A stretch of DNA of 63,701 bases, counting the filler, from Phoronis australis (lineage: Eukaryota > Animalia > Phoronida), in the NCBI GenBank assembly GCA_002633005.1. It is 8 parts of 8 records of this genome, joined end to end, with 100 filler letters (N's around TTAATTAATTAA, not from the genome) between each part and the next. Parts side by side here need not be neighbours in the genome. Positions count along the whole stretch, not along the records: positions 10,726 to 19,265 come from NMRA01001885.1; positions 19,366 to 35,781 come from NMRA01000950.1; 6 more parts are not named here. One strand, 5' to 3'. This document shows, in pieces, positions 12,605 through 24,900 of this stretch. The position numbers and the translations under genes were made by a program. Each line of letters starts with the position of its first letter. Within the stretch, counting starts at the first letter, position 1. Below the pieces are notes generated by a model, which saw only the letters and a list, made by a program, of their open reading frames with translations, was not told the origin of the DNA and ran no database searches.

Positions 12605-13578
12605 TAGGCAATGACCATCGCCTCTGTTGGCCCGACCAGAGGTGATGCAGCTCCTATAGGCACTCCATACGCCGGAAGCTTTTCGGCGAATTATGCCTAG
12701 CACCGACTAAGACATCAAAATCACGTTATAAATACCTTTTGCGCATAGAGGAACACCTTAGGAGGTTGTCGATGTGTTTAATTCCTTCCAACTCTAACAA
12801 ATACTCCTGTTATCAAACTTTTTCTTCGAGCAGTCCCTATTTCAGTTCCCAAAATCGTGAACTCACCATTTTTATACTGCGCATGCTCCAATTTTTACTG
12901 CGCTCGCTAGGTGATGTGACTTCATGACCTCAATCTTTAAATAGGCCAAAGGTGAGCCATTGCGGTCTTGTCAATCAAATGTTCGTTTCCAAAATGCCAC
13001 CACTACTTGTCTTTAATTGGCATTACTTGAAACTGATTGTATTTCAATGAATTATTGTTTGTATTTGATAAAAATAAATGCTGTTGATATGACATTTAAT
13101 AGTCTTTGTGCACATATTTGACTCTCTAATGTTTAACAACACGGCAAATGCACGGCTGGTTCCCGGCAGCATGTACGCAGAGGGCGGGGACTTCAGCTTT
13201 CAAAAGTTCGCCGGTAGGACCGCAACTTCTGACCTTCGGCCTGGTTAAAAGAATGAGGTCACATCTCCTGGCGTGCGCCGCGTGAAAATGGTGAGTTCAC
13301 GATTTTTGGAACTGAAATAGGGACTGCTCAAAGAAAAAGTTTGATAACTGGAGTATTTGTTCGAGTTGGAAGGAATTAAACACATCGAAAACCTCCTAAG
13401 CTTAGGTCCTAAGGTGTTCCTCTATGCCCAAAAGGTGTTTATATCAACGTGACTTTGATGTTTTAGTCGGTGCGAGGCATAATTCGCCGGAAGCTTTTCG
13501 GCTTCTGGCGTATGGAGCGCCTATAGGAGCTGCATCGCCTCTGGTCGGGCCAACAGAGGCGATGTCGGTCATTGCCTA
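12605..13578. mobile_element. Non-autonomous DNA transposon with ~350-bp terminal inverted repeats
   Basis: TAGGCAATGACC...CATCGCCTCTGTTGGCCCGACCAGAGG mirrored at the right end (...GGTCATTGCCTA); arms align inward to ~12970 and ~13218. No coding capacity. Confidence 0.9.
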
Positions 13579-13778
13579 CAGTAGTGGCTGGCTAACTAAT
13601 CAATTTCCAGCACCTGTGGGTGCTAACGTTTTTTATAATATTTTCCATGCCGATAAGCAAAATGGTATCTTGATTCAAAACTGAGGTAAAGTGGTATGGA
13701 TATTTGCGCACAAAAAAAGAAAACAACATCGACTAAACGCACTCGAACTCCCAAAAATCTTAAAAAGCGTACTCTTAC

Positions 13779-13799
13779 CTCTGTCAAGGGCGCCGCCAT
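13779..13799 (-). CDS. MRPL9: MRPL9 exon 1 coding part (MAAPLTE)
   Basis: ATGGCGGCGCCCTTGACAGAG followed by a GTAAGA donor; in frame with exon 2 through the acceptor at 12119. Confidence 0.65.
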
Positions 13800-14021
13800 T
13801 AAAATTTCCTCATGTTCCAATATAGGTTTTTAAAAGAAATGTTCTATTTGAGTTTTTTGCAAGTTATAGAAATAACAAAATACAAATTAAAACCAAATAA
13901 GTATATTTTACTGTTATAAATTACAAAAATATTGTTAATAATTGGTCTTGTAAAACTCAACAGAAAAACACATTTACTTATATTTTGGAGCATCATTTAC
14001 CAGGAACCACCTTGAAGGAAG
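13800..14021. promoter_or_regulatory. Bidirectional promoter/5' UTRs between MRPL9 and COMMD4
   Basis: Divergent ATGs at 13799 (-) and 14022 (+), separated by only 222 nt. Confidence 0.7.
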
Positions 14022-17000
14022 ATGGTGAGTGTTGCTCGTTTGTAATTTGTATGAGTTGATTTTGTACTGGGAGCTAACATATGTGAGCGAGAAATTTCAC
14101 TCCAGTTTAGGACTATTTACTCATGTAGTGCTTGAATGGTAAAATAGCTAAGTAGCTTAAGTAATGATGGTTAGAGGGCAACAGTGCTTTTGCTGTGGCA
14201 CATTTACTTTGATCAGCTGGGCAACTGTTTGCTACTCTTGGAGAAGTGCACGCCCACTGGCGGATCTAGAATATTGTAAGAGGGGGCCTCAGTAAAATAT
14301 AAAGGTGGAACACTGACAAGTTAAAGCTTTGTCCTGTTCATTTGACACAATTTTTTGGTATTTAAGCAGTTATCACTTCAGCTGCCTTTTGCTTTGTGCA
14401 CAGTTCTTTGCTTCAGTTTTTTTCCTTTCTGTCATTCATTTGAAAGATTGTGTTTATAGGCGTTTGAAAATTTCAGCAATAAATTATTGTATTTTGTTTT
14501 GCAGAGGTTCAGATTCTGTGGAGATCTCGATTGCCCAGACTGGGTATTGGCTGAAATCAGTACGCTGTCGAAAGTCGTAAGTGGTTGTTGGAATTGCACC
14601 TACTGCAAATATTATTTTTGTGCTTTGTTACCATGCAGTATTGCAATCATCCTTATGATTGTTAAATTTGAAAGTAGAGTTAACAGATAAATGGACATTA
14701 ATGTTTGTCATTATAAACGGAAAAATACGTACATCATCCTTAAGATTCATGTTATTTACCTGGCAACCTTATCCCAGTTGTTGTGAATAACGCATGTACA
14801 CTCTTGAATGTATTGGTCAATATTGACTTGGGAATAAAGGATATATTTAGTGGTAATTCAATATCAAAATATATTTCTCTATTCTGTGCAAGTGAAAACA
14901 GTGTCAGAGTATGTAATAGTCTCTCCCAGGGGTCCCGCATTTTGAGAATCGGTCTTCACTAAATCATGGGAAACAACCTAATTCTCAAAATCTTGGCCCC
15001 TTTAAGTGACTGTTGCTGCAAAACGTTTTTAACCAACATTTCACTATTTTTAGTTCTAACGAGTTGTTCATTTCGAACACATTGGTTTTCTTTCAGACCT
15101 CTGTCAAAATGAAGCTGCTCTGCGTACAAGTTATAAAAAATTTACTAGGAGACCAGATCGATGTAAGTTATTGCCGTGACGTCTTTCCAGTTGTGAATTT
15201 ATTCACTTACATTTTTGTCCTGCAGAATTCTAAAATGGGTAATGACAAGATGAGATGTTTTTGAAGAATTTTGCAGAAGATATCCATCACATGTTGTTTA
15301 TTATTACTAGTAAATATGGGTGTGTTGTATGGTTTTAATCTTGTTAATCTGATTGAGTTGTTTTTTGAATCTGTGTATCATCTACTAGATATTATAAATT
15401 AGTCTTATTTTTCAGTATGATAAAGTAAACAAGTTGACAGCTGATGCTAAATTCGGTAGGTAAATTGAATCAAAATCCTTTTCTATCCCAAACTCAAAAT
15501 TACTTACTCTTTAAGAGAGTCATAAATGTTACCATTTGTCCGAGACTATTATACATGATGTTTCCCTGTTCTACACAACTACTAGTCACAATATGGGTTG
15601 ATTGCATTTCAATGAATGCTTCTGTAGCTAGATTCTCTTGTGTAATTCGAGCTATTTTAGTTTGAACTTCATTGGTGAGTCTTTATCTTGACTGTTTGAG
15701 TAAATATGTCGCAGTGTAAAATAGTGAATTTTGTCATTTCTTCAGATTGTTGATCTTATCTTATAGACGTAGTCAGTAATGTTAGTCGTATACAGATTTC
15801 TTAATCTTCTGTGTAACTCGTGTTACTAATCATCTTGGCATGTCTCATTTAAATTTTGTCTCCCTCATGCCTTGGATAATGTCCTGAGCTTTGAAATAAA
15901 GGTACCCATTCATAACTTTGGCATTGTGGGTCTATTTTGTCCACCGTCATTAAAACATCATAGTTGATATTTAAGCTTGGCTATCTTTATTTATCTAGGT
16001 TTTAAACTATAAGTATGACACTGCACCTATTGCAGAACGTATCTCTGTCGGAAATCAAATTTACATAATTATGAATTTACAACTTTGAAACAGCTTAGTT
16101 TCCTGTTCACAATTTCCGTCGATTTCCATTGTTAATAGCTGACCTCAGTAAAGTGGTGAACCCCTGAATGCAGTTAGCCCTATTCAGACATTGGCCGAAG
16201 TGTTGTAACCTGCACTTTTAGCAACATTTTTTGAAAATCTATTTCAATGTGGAAATATGGCATGTAATAGTTTCTATATTTTGATCTTTCTTCAATTTCC
16301 TTTCGACTGCATGGAGTTAATGATTGGCATTGTAGAAGTAACTTGCCATAGCTTTACGATCAGATGTTAAAACACCCGTTCAAAATTGATTCTAGAATCC
16401 TGTCTTATTACGCATATACAACTTCAAAAAAACAAAAATACTGTCTGAAAATTCTTGGTGTTTTAAGTGAGCATTTGGAATTGGATATTTTAGTATAATA
16501 TAGTGTTAATAGAGAAATGGTTGTGTCTCTGGTTCATTACACAAAAGCATGTCCAGCCATGGACGGTGGATTCTGGGTCCTACAAAACCTATATTGAGAA
16601 ACTCATCGCAAAAAAACGCTAAACTGGGCTTCTGTATTTGTTTGAACAGAGTCTGGAGATGTCAAAGCCAGTATTGCTGCCCTATCGTTCATCCTGTCAA
16701 GTGCAGCCAAGTATGATGTTGATGGCGACTCTCTGTCTAACGAGCTACAGCAGCTGGGTCTACCCAAAGGTAAGTGACCAATTACACCTGAGCAATAAAT
16801 TTGAATTTTCCGTTGTCATATTTGGCTCTCCTGCGCCAGAATTTGAAAATCAATGCTGCTGCAAATACAAACTCATGGGAGATAAATTCTTTGTTACGAA
16901 ATGGGACTCCATAGATGATTGACATCAGTTCAGCGTACTATTTACAAGCAATACATACCAACCTTCCACAGTATGGAGATGGACATTCGAAGGTGTCCAT

Positions 17001-18710
17001 GAATTTATGTAGCTGTAACTGAACATTTAACCTCATCACTAGATGTATTTGAATATTGAAAATGCTAATGGTTTCTTTGCAGAGCACTCTACCTCACTGT
17101 GTAAATCTTACAGCGACAGTCAATCAAAGCTTCAAGATGAATTTAAGAGGCAAAGTTTAAGATGTAAGATAGTTGTTTAAACCCTGAATTTTCTTAATTG
17201 CTTTTTTGACTGTTCCAAACATACACCAATCAGTGAGATTTAGTGAGACCAATCGGTACAATTGTCATTAAAGAAAATATTAATTTCATTCCAATGGATC
17301 TTTGCTAATTTTTGTTATTCAGTTACTGAACAAGTAATAACGTATTAATTGAATTCACGACCCATGACAGACCCACAAAACTATTAAATGTATGTTCACG
17401 TTTATTTCCTTTCTTATTGATAGTTGTGCTTTGAATTCTTTATTATTTCCCCAGTCTTTGGTTTTGGACTAATTTCCTTTTCACTGTATATCGTACTTGC
17501 AATCTCTTTATATGTTTTAGTATCCCACTTAGAATCAGTGGAATGGAGAGCTGACTACATTATCAGTTCAAGTGAACTTCAGGTAACAGTCTTTAGCAGA
17601 CATTTTACTCCACTGAACAATTTGTCCATGAAAACTGAAATATTTGCATATTTTAATTCAATGATAATAGTTTTTGGCCAAATTTTAGTTTATTCAGACG
17701 ATTGTTGACTACTCACTTAAAACTTAAAATTTTGTTACTATGAAACAGTAATGATTGATTAATTTTCAAAAGTTAGTTTACTTTTCTTTAAATTTCAAGT
17801 TTATTTAAAAATAAATCGTTAATCGTATGTTATAAAATTCCCCTGTGTGCTATACACATTGACAGGATCTGGGGTTTCAAGATAGTGTTAACATATTTTT
17901 GAGTTTTGTAAGTAAAGTGTCCATGAGAAATAATGAGAGTTTGTGCTACGTACTTGTTGATGCTCGCTGGTTCCCTATGTGCCTGGCCAGCACGCAGGTA
18001 TCATGCTGTAGCATGCGCTTTAGCATTGGTTGGTGTAACTGCGGGAGTCACTGGTTAGCTTTAAAACAACGTGAAAAATGGCGGATTATGAACGACTTCT
18101 AGCCTTGTCATGCAAGTGGCGTAGCAGCAACTATACATTTCTACAGTAACGTTTAACTAGCCGCGTGCTTGAAGCACATACATGTACAATAAACACATAT
18201 CTGACCGATTTAGCCGGTGCGGTGTTATTAATACTGTATGAATACATGACAGTATCGTAAACAAAAGTCGTCGGCAGTAGAAAGATGCACTCCGAAAAGG
18301 CGCGACCACAATTTCTGGGATTCATATTTCCTGAACATAAATTTTAAGCACCGGTTTGTCTATACAACAGACCACATTTACACTTGCTCCATCATTCATG
18401 TCAGTTTGTTTGGGTAAAGCGCTGCCTGTTGAGTATTTGACCAGCCAATCAGAAACGCTGGTGTAAAAAAGTTTCCCGATGAAAATTAAGTGATACCTGC
18501 GTGCTGGCTACCGACCACCTAGTGGCACGCAGGGAGCCAGCGAGCTGTTGATGTTGCCTGAGAATGTAAACATCATGTTTTGTCACATCTTCCAGGAGGT
18601 GAATGAACCATGTGTTCAGTTGAAGCTAAAAATAAGAAACACAGACAGCAATAGAGTTGAACCTGTTGCCTTCACATTGTCTTCTGAAAAATTTAGAGTA
18701 TTTCTCAATG
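14022..18710 (+). CDS. COMMD4: COMM domain-containing protein 4; exons 14022-14024, 14505-14576, 15097-15162, 15416-15455, 16650-16769, 17083-17163, 17521-17582, 18596-18710; last exon not found
   Basis: All introns are GT-AG with compatible phases. Spliced product [34 protein letters not shown]...[25 protein letters not shown]...[26 protein letters not shown]...FRVFLN carries the diagnostic COMMD4 N-terminus and COMM domain. Confidence 0.97.
17962..18545. mobile_element. MITE in COMMD4 intron 7
   Basis: TIRs GCTCGCTGGTTCCCT..CCAGCACGCAGGTATCA / TGATACCTGCGTGCTGG..AGGGAGCCAGCGAGC; direct repeat TGTTGAT at 17955-17961 and 18546-18552. Confidence 0.88.
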
Positions 18711-19265
18711 GTAAGTAAAGTGTTGGGAATCGCTATTAATTTTAACTGATTATTTCTATTATTTATCAGATATTGGCTACCACTGCATAATCTACAAAGT
18801 TCACTTCATTCAAAATCTTGATTTCATCCATACTGTCAACTGTCACTGTTACAGCTTTTCCTTCTGTCCAGATTTCCAAAAACTTATTAGGAACTTCGCT
18901 CTTATGCATTAAAGGCGGATCTAGAAACTTTCCTTACAGGGACTGGACTTAAGTCAATTCCCATGAGAATATTCAAGACTCGCATTAGCAAGTCAAAATG
19001 CTTCTGGAATCCTAGGGCTGTCCAGCCTGTCTAAAACCTGACTGCTTCAATTCAATTCGCTGCTCCGTTTCTAGTTTCAAGTTTTCAAGTCTGTTAGTAT
19101 TTAAGAGAAACTCTTTATGATATTTGTCTATGAGGAGACAAAATGAAAAATTATTTTTGAACTTTTCTGTGCTTGTTTTAACTGTTTCTATGGATTCATT
19201 TTTTGAAATCCATCATAAAACTTATTAAAGGAGAATGCCACCCGATTTAATTAGTCTTTTTTACC

Positions 19266-19365
19266 NNNNNNNNNNNNNNNNNNNNNNNNNNNNNNNNNNN
19301 NNNNNNNNNTTAATTAATTAANNNNNNNNNNNNNNNNNNNNNNNNNNNNNNNNNNNNNNNNNNNN
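19266..19365. other. Assembly gap with six-frame stop spacer
   Basis: N44-TTAATTAATTAA-N44. Confidence 0.99.
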
Positions 19366-20888
19366 CCAACAACCCTTTGATACAGCTTCTGTTTTATTAC
19401 AGTATCAGTATTCTTAAACATTGGCGTGTTGCCACTTTCACAAAATCCTGCCTCTCACTTTCAGCCCCATATTCCCATCACTTTTTTTGAAAAAATAAGG
19501 CTTCACTGCAAAAGTACGTCACAATACCAAAAAACATTAATGAAGAAGTCCTTTCAAGTTTGCTGAAATTTACCTACCATTGCTTATAACGTAACTGCTA
19601 CATGTTTAGACTGTTTATCCCAGTCTTGATCTGTAGTGGGAGCTCTTGTTAATTTGTAAGAATGAGAATATTGTTGATAAAATTTCCGGATTGAATTTCA
19701 TACATGTACGAAGTTAACGATACCGTCGTCATCTGTCTTTGATACGTCACTGTCGAGAGCCAAATGTGCAACTAATGTTCAACACTTTTTAATTTGAATA
19801 TATCAATGAAGTAGTGTTATATTCAAGCAAGCTATCTTCTTAACCTTTAAAATCAGGCTTATTATCGGTTTTCAACATTTAAAATGTTAATTAGGTCTGA
19901 TATCACGTATAGATATGCTATTTAAAACTTCTCAAAATGAAAATCCAAAAGCTAATAATGTAACCCATAGTGTTCACAACAGACTTTATGACGAACAGTT
20001 TCTCGGCGGGATGGTTTATTTGAAAACAACGGCAGATTTCAGCGAAACGTGCATCATGTAATATGGGCATAGACTTGGGATAAGACGGACGCGGAAGGAA
20101 TAAAAAGGCGCACAGTAATGTCAAGGACGTAACATTCATATTGTAATCTCTTCAGATCTTGTTACAGAACGCCTTGTCTTGTTGGAAGTTGAACGCGAAA
20201 GTTTTATTAATTTTAATTTTACTCTCGCTATAAATATTTGCAATGATGCACACAACTCCATCATTCCCATGTATTGTTCATGTTTTCTTTTGTAAGGTCA
20301 CTCCTCATCATATGGTCAGTAATGCCCTTAGAGAATGGCTTTGCTTCGTGATACGTTCACGCCTTCAGATTGTAATACGTGTACAATTCTCATGCGGGAT
20401 GAGAAGAACTAATTGTCACAAATTTTGTACCGGTAAATGTTTTAAGGAAAAAGCTCGTTTTTTGCACGGATTGCATGTTATTAGCAATTGCCCAATGTAG
20501 GGGACCCTTGCATCAAACATAGATTCACTGCTGCATACAAACCGTAAAACATCTATGATTGATTTCACACTAGAAGGCTAAAAAATGACCCATGGTACTC
20601 GAAAAGTCCTAATTTTCTAAATGGCACGCCCCATACTGATGTAAAAATTGCGGATTCAACAAAAACTAAAACTGTTGACACATCTGAAACCGTACAAGGT
20701 CCTCACTTCAACATGTTGACACGTGGCCAAGAACCAAAATGTACACGTGGACTCAATCAATGCAGTCCCAAATCCAATACTTTAATCGCGCTATCTACAA
20801 GTTATATAATCCTTGGAAATTACAAGTTTAAATCATTGCATTGAACACGACTCAACACAAACTTGGAGAGGAAGCAATTAACAATTAA
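19366..20888 (+). repeat. Duplicated segment, copy A (most diverged; no Sola3 insertion)
   Basis: Aligns with copies B-D; has ~245 extra nt at ~19671-19915. Confidence 0.92.
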
Positions 20889-21949
20889 AGATTTCAACTC
20901 CGTTGAACAAAACTCCTTGGAAGTTTAGTAATTTTTTACAGAATGATAACATAGATGTAATATTGAAAAAAATGCAGCAATCACAGCACATGTAAGTGAG
21001 GTTACATGACCTACACGTATAATTTTAGTACAATTGATGGAAATAGTTGAGCGAGAGGAATGAAGGTGAACCTCACTGAATTTGTGACTGATAAAAGACA
21101 TAATAGACCAAAAGCATTCAAGGCATTCTCAAGTATAATTTATTTCTTGCATTTCTCTCATGAAGCATTGCATTACAAACGGGGCATTTGAGTATCCCAA
21201 CAACACGGATGACTTATGGTATCAACGTATATACAGTATGTGCAACATGGGTAGTTCACATAGAATGGAACTGCAAATTTCTCGAGAACTTTCGTGCGAA
21301 TGAGATGTTCTGGTTTTAGGACCAAAGTAGGTAATTTGCGCTATATCCTTTTGTTGGCATGTCTTTAATTTTTTAAAAATAAAACAGAATAACGAGGTGA
21401 TGAAAACATTGACGTTTTAGTGTATCAAAATCTGCTGATCATACAGTCTCATCCGCACTCAGTATATTCCATAATAACTTGCACAAGTGCTACTGATCCG
21501 TTTTTTAAGCCGAGAAGAAACAAACATTCGCAGATATTTGATAACACGGGTAAAGTGGAAGTCATCGCTCTGTGCATGACAATGGACAGCTGACAAGTAT
21601 ACGAGACTAATAATTTCTTACGTATTAACATACTCTGCGGCCTCACAACGATTAAAAGTGGCCCAGGTTACCATGGAACAATAGTTACCCTACATCGAAA
21701 ACGTGGAGTAAGTTGTCACCAGCAAGGTAAGTATTATTATACAGTTTTTAACATATCGGCAACTCGTTTCAGGATTTACGTGTTCTAGGATAGGTCTGTG
21801 TGTTGATTGCTTTTAAGATTACAAAATTTGTGCGTAATTATAACCGGACATTTTCATTTTAGGACATACATGTATTCTACGGATTGTTCTAAAGCCACCT
21901 CAACCCCTCGACCACAACACTCCTAGGCAACCACCACCTCAACCACTCA

Positions 21950-24900
21950 ACCACAACACTCCTAGACAACACCCCCCCCTGAGTCATGCCCTCCTCAATT
22001 CACGACCTGTGGCAGTTCAGGCATTTTTTACACTTTGTTCATATTTCATAATCTTATTACCTCGCTGAAGGACTTTCTAATAAGACATACCTACAGGCTA
22101 GCCTGCTCTGGCTCAGGTGTGGTGATCGAGAACAGAAAATGGCGTGAAAACGTGATCTGAAATGGTGCATTGTTTGCCCGCTATCGTTGAAACGGAAACA
22201 GTTCCCCAAGTGCCTACCAATGGCCCGTCTCTACTAAATTTTACTGCTTTCTGTGAGGTTATTAAGATCACTCTGGTAAGGGGTGGTGCACTTACATGTA
22301 CATATAAGTCAAGTTGCCCAATTGTGTTGCTCATGAAGCTTAACCAGTAGAGCTCGAGGCCTCTCAACAGAGGCAGTAGTTGCAATATATTGTAGTCTAA
22401 TGAATTTAGCCATTCAAGCAATGAACATAATTCAACAAAAGAAGTTGAAAATTAAACTCCTGACACTGTGTCTATTGTAATCCAATTAGGGTAAGAAACA
22501 TTTATAGTTGCCAGTTCCAAAATTTCTTGTATGGCATAATGCTATCATGCATCCAATGGCATTTAGATCGGTTATTTTATCAAAAGCACTATTGAACAAT
22601 CCTGGCTTTTGGACAGGTAGAATCACCAAATCTGCCTTAATAGCGCTACTGCAATACAAAGAAATTTTTCCCTGGAATGCCAACCCCTATCTCACAGCCG
22701 CTGAGGTTGTACGCTGCGGCTGCGTGAGAGTTGTTTGCATTCCTTTGCTCCAGTGTGTGGCATTAAAACTTTTTGTAACTCCGTCATTTTTCAACCAAAT
22801 TACCATATCACATGAAAGCCCATTGTCACTTTTGACGATTATATCAGAAGCAAAAAATTATTCATCAATTATCATTTAGCGTACGAGACTAGCTTTTTTA
22901 TTATTTTTAAAAACCCAGAGGGTTGCCAAAATATGAAAAATAACAGCGAGAAATATTAACAAAAAAAGGAAATAAATCAGAGGTTTTAGAAAAATGACCA
23001 GAAAAGAAATTACACCTGATTCAAAAGATGCCTACCCTACAAAGACAAAAGATTAACAACATGAATCAATCACACTGCTATGGATAATTTAGTCAGGCAT
23101 TCATCCAAAATTATGCATGTTAATCAATTGTAATTAAATGAACTTTTGGTGAGGTTTGACACCATTGCATTCTTAATATTTACCAAAAATACGATAATCT
23201 CCTACAAGCTTCTATCCCAAATTTGCAATTAAAATATTTCTAATCAATAGAAAGTTTGCAGAATCCATCACGTAGTTTTGAAAGGTACATGTAATGTGGA
23301 TAAATCATTACGCAATTTGCAGTGCAGGTATATCATAACAGCTTAGAAACCAACTATTTCCTTCAGAAAATAAAAGTTTTTGATCCTGATGTATGTAGTG
23401 TATGCTAGCGTAAACAAGACACAGTGGAACAAAATTTAATTTTTATAATTGCAATGTACTAAAGAAAGTGGACTCAGGAAAACAACATTTATTACAAGAG
23501 ACGTTATTTTGGACACCTATTGCGTAGCTGTCACGGTCAACATTCAAGAACGAAAAAACGGAACAATTGGAATAAAAGCGGGTCATGAGGGTACAAAGCT
23601 GGACATCTGGGTCCAATCCAAAACATTTAAAGGCGAAGTGTTCCCTGCAAAACACAAACATGTACAGACAACGTTTTTTGTTGAATGAAAGATGCCCAAA
23701 TCGCCCGACAGCGGTTTTTATAGTTGAATGGGTAAATGCAACTGCCTAAAAACCGAGGAAATGTCACGTTTTTTCTTTTAGTTTGGTGTCGCTTGATAAG
23801 CAGAATAATGGCTCGCAATAATTTCATCTATGCCAATCTTGGTATGTTTTGTGTATGTTTTTCACTCTGTTGTATGTTAGTCCTCTGTGAAGGGTTTATA
23901 AACATATATATGATACATATACATACTTACATAACGTTACACACATTAATACCTATGAATCGAAGTTCTCTCCACTTGGTGTTATGAGTTTTGGAAGTCT
24001 CATGTGCGAATTAGACAGCAGGACTAGACGTGTTGCGTGGTAATTCGAGAAAATATTTGTGCAGCTTAAGTGGGTAAAAAATGGTTTGTCGTTGAATGAG
24101 ACTTCCTTGAAAGAAGGTCTCTTGTGAGAATGCATGTCTCCCTATCCTCCTTCCTATTCCTCTACCTCTTCCTATACCTCTCTCCCTCTGTCTCTCATTT
24201 TTGCAAAGCACGTAAAAACAGTACAGAGAGAAACTCTTTGATATCATCCACTATATGCTGGGATCCTAGAAAAAAATTCGCATGAGTCCCCCAGGTTGCT
24301 GTTTTGTGCTCATCTTAAACATATATGGAAATTACGCGACAACTTTTAACGCTCTGTAGAGGCTCCCAGTTTCTGAACCTCATAATTTGGTTTTATCATT
24401 TTTTGTCTGTTATAACGGTCTTGATGCACTTGCAATATCTGCAATATCATCAGCATGCGGTAAGCATACTACATGTAGGCCAACATGTGGTAGTCACTAT
24501 ATGTATCTATAGAAATTGTCTATTAAGCAGTATTTCCTGAGAAAATGAAAAGAAATCAGAAAATATCTCTAGAGGTCATCTTTCTTTCAGACTCAGCTTT
24601 AAACTTTGTGTATGTGACCCTAGTGTGGCTCTCATGCACAAGTAACCGTTTTGGCACTTAGTGATAGGCTTTCAAACGTTTACGAAGAAAATGTCACGTT
24701 TTTGCATACCGAAAGCAGCAATTTTAGAATATAAAAAGCAGGTATATTTTATGAATTGAGAGAAAACATAATAGGAATAAGAAATGATACATAAGGTCTT
24801 CAAATGATGAAGCATATGTCTTGTATTGGATATTTAAGGGATTTTCAAACTATTGAATATATATGTCCACAGTAGCACTGCCTGTCCATTTTCACTTTAA

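Noticed and set aside
23443-23688. Overlapping ORFs and a minus-strand acceptor near 23644
   Set aside because: No recognisable domain or upstream exons.
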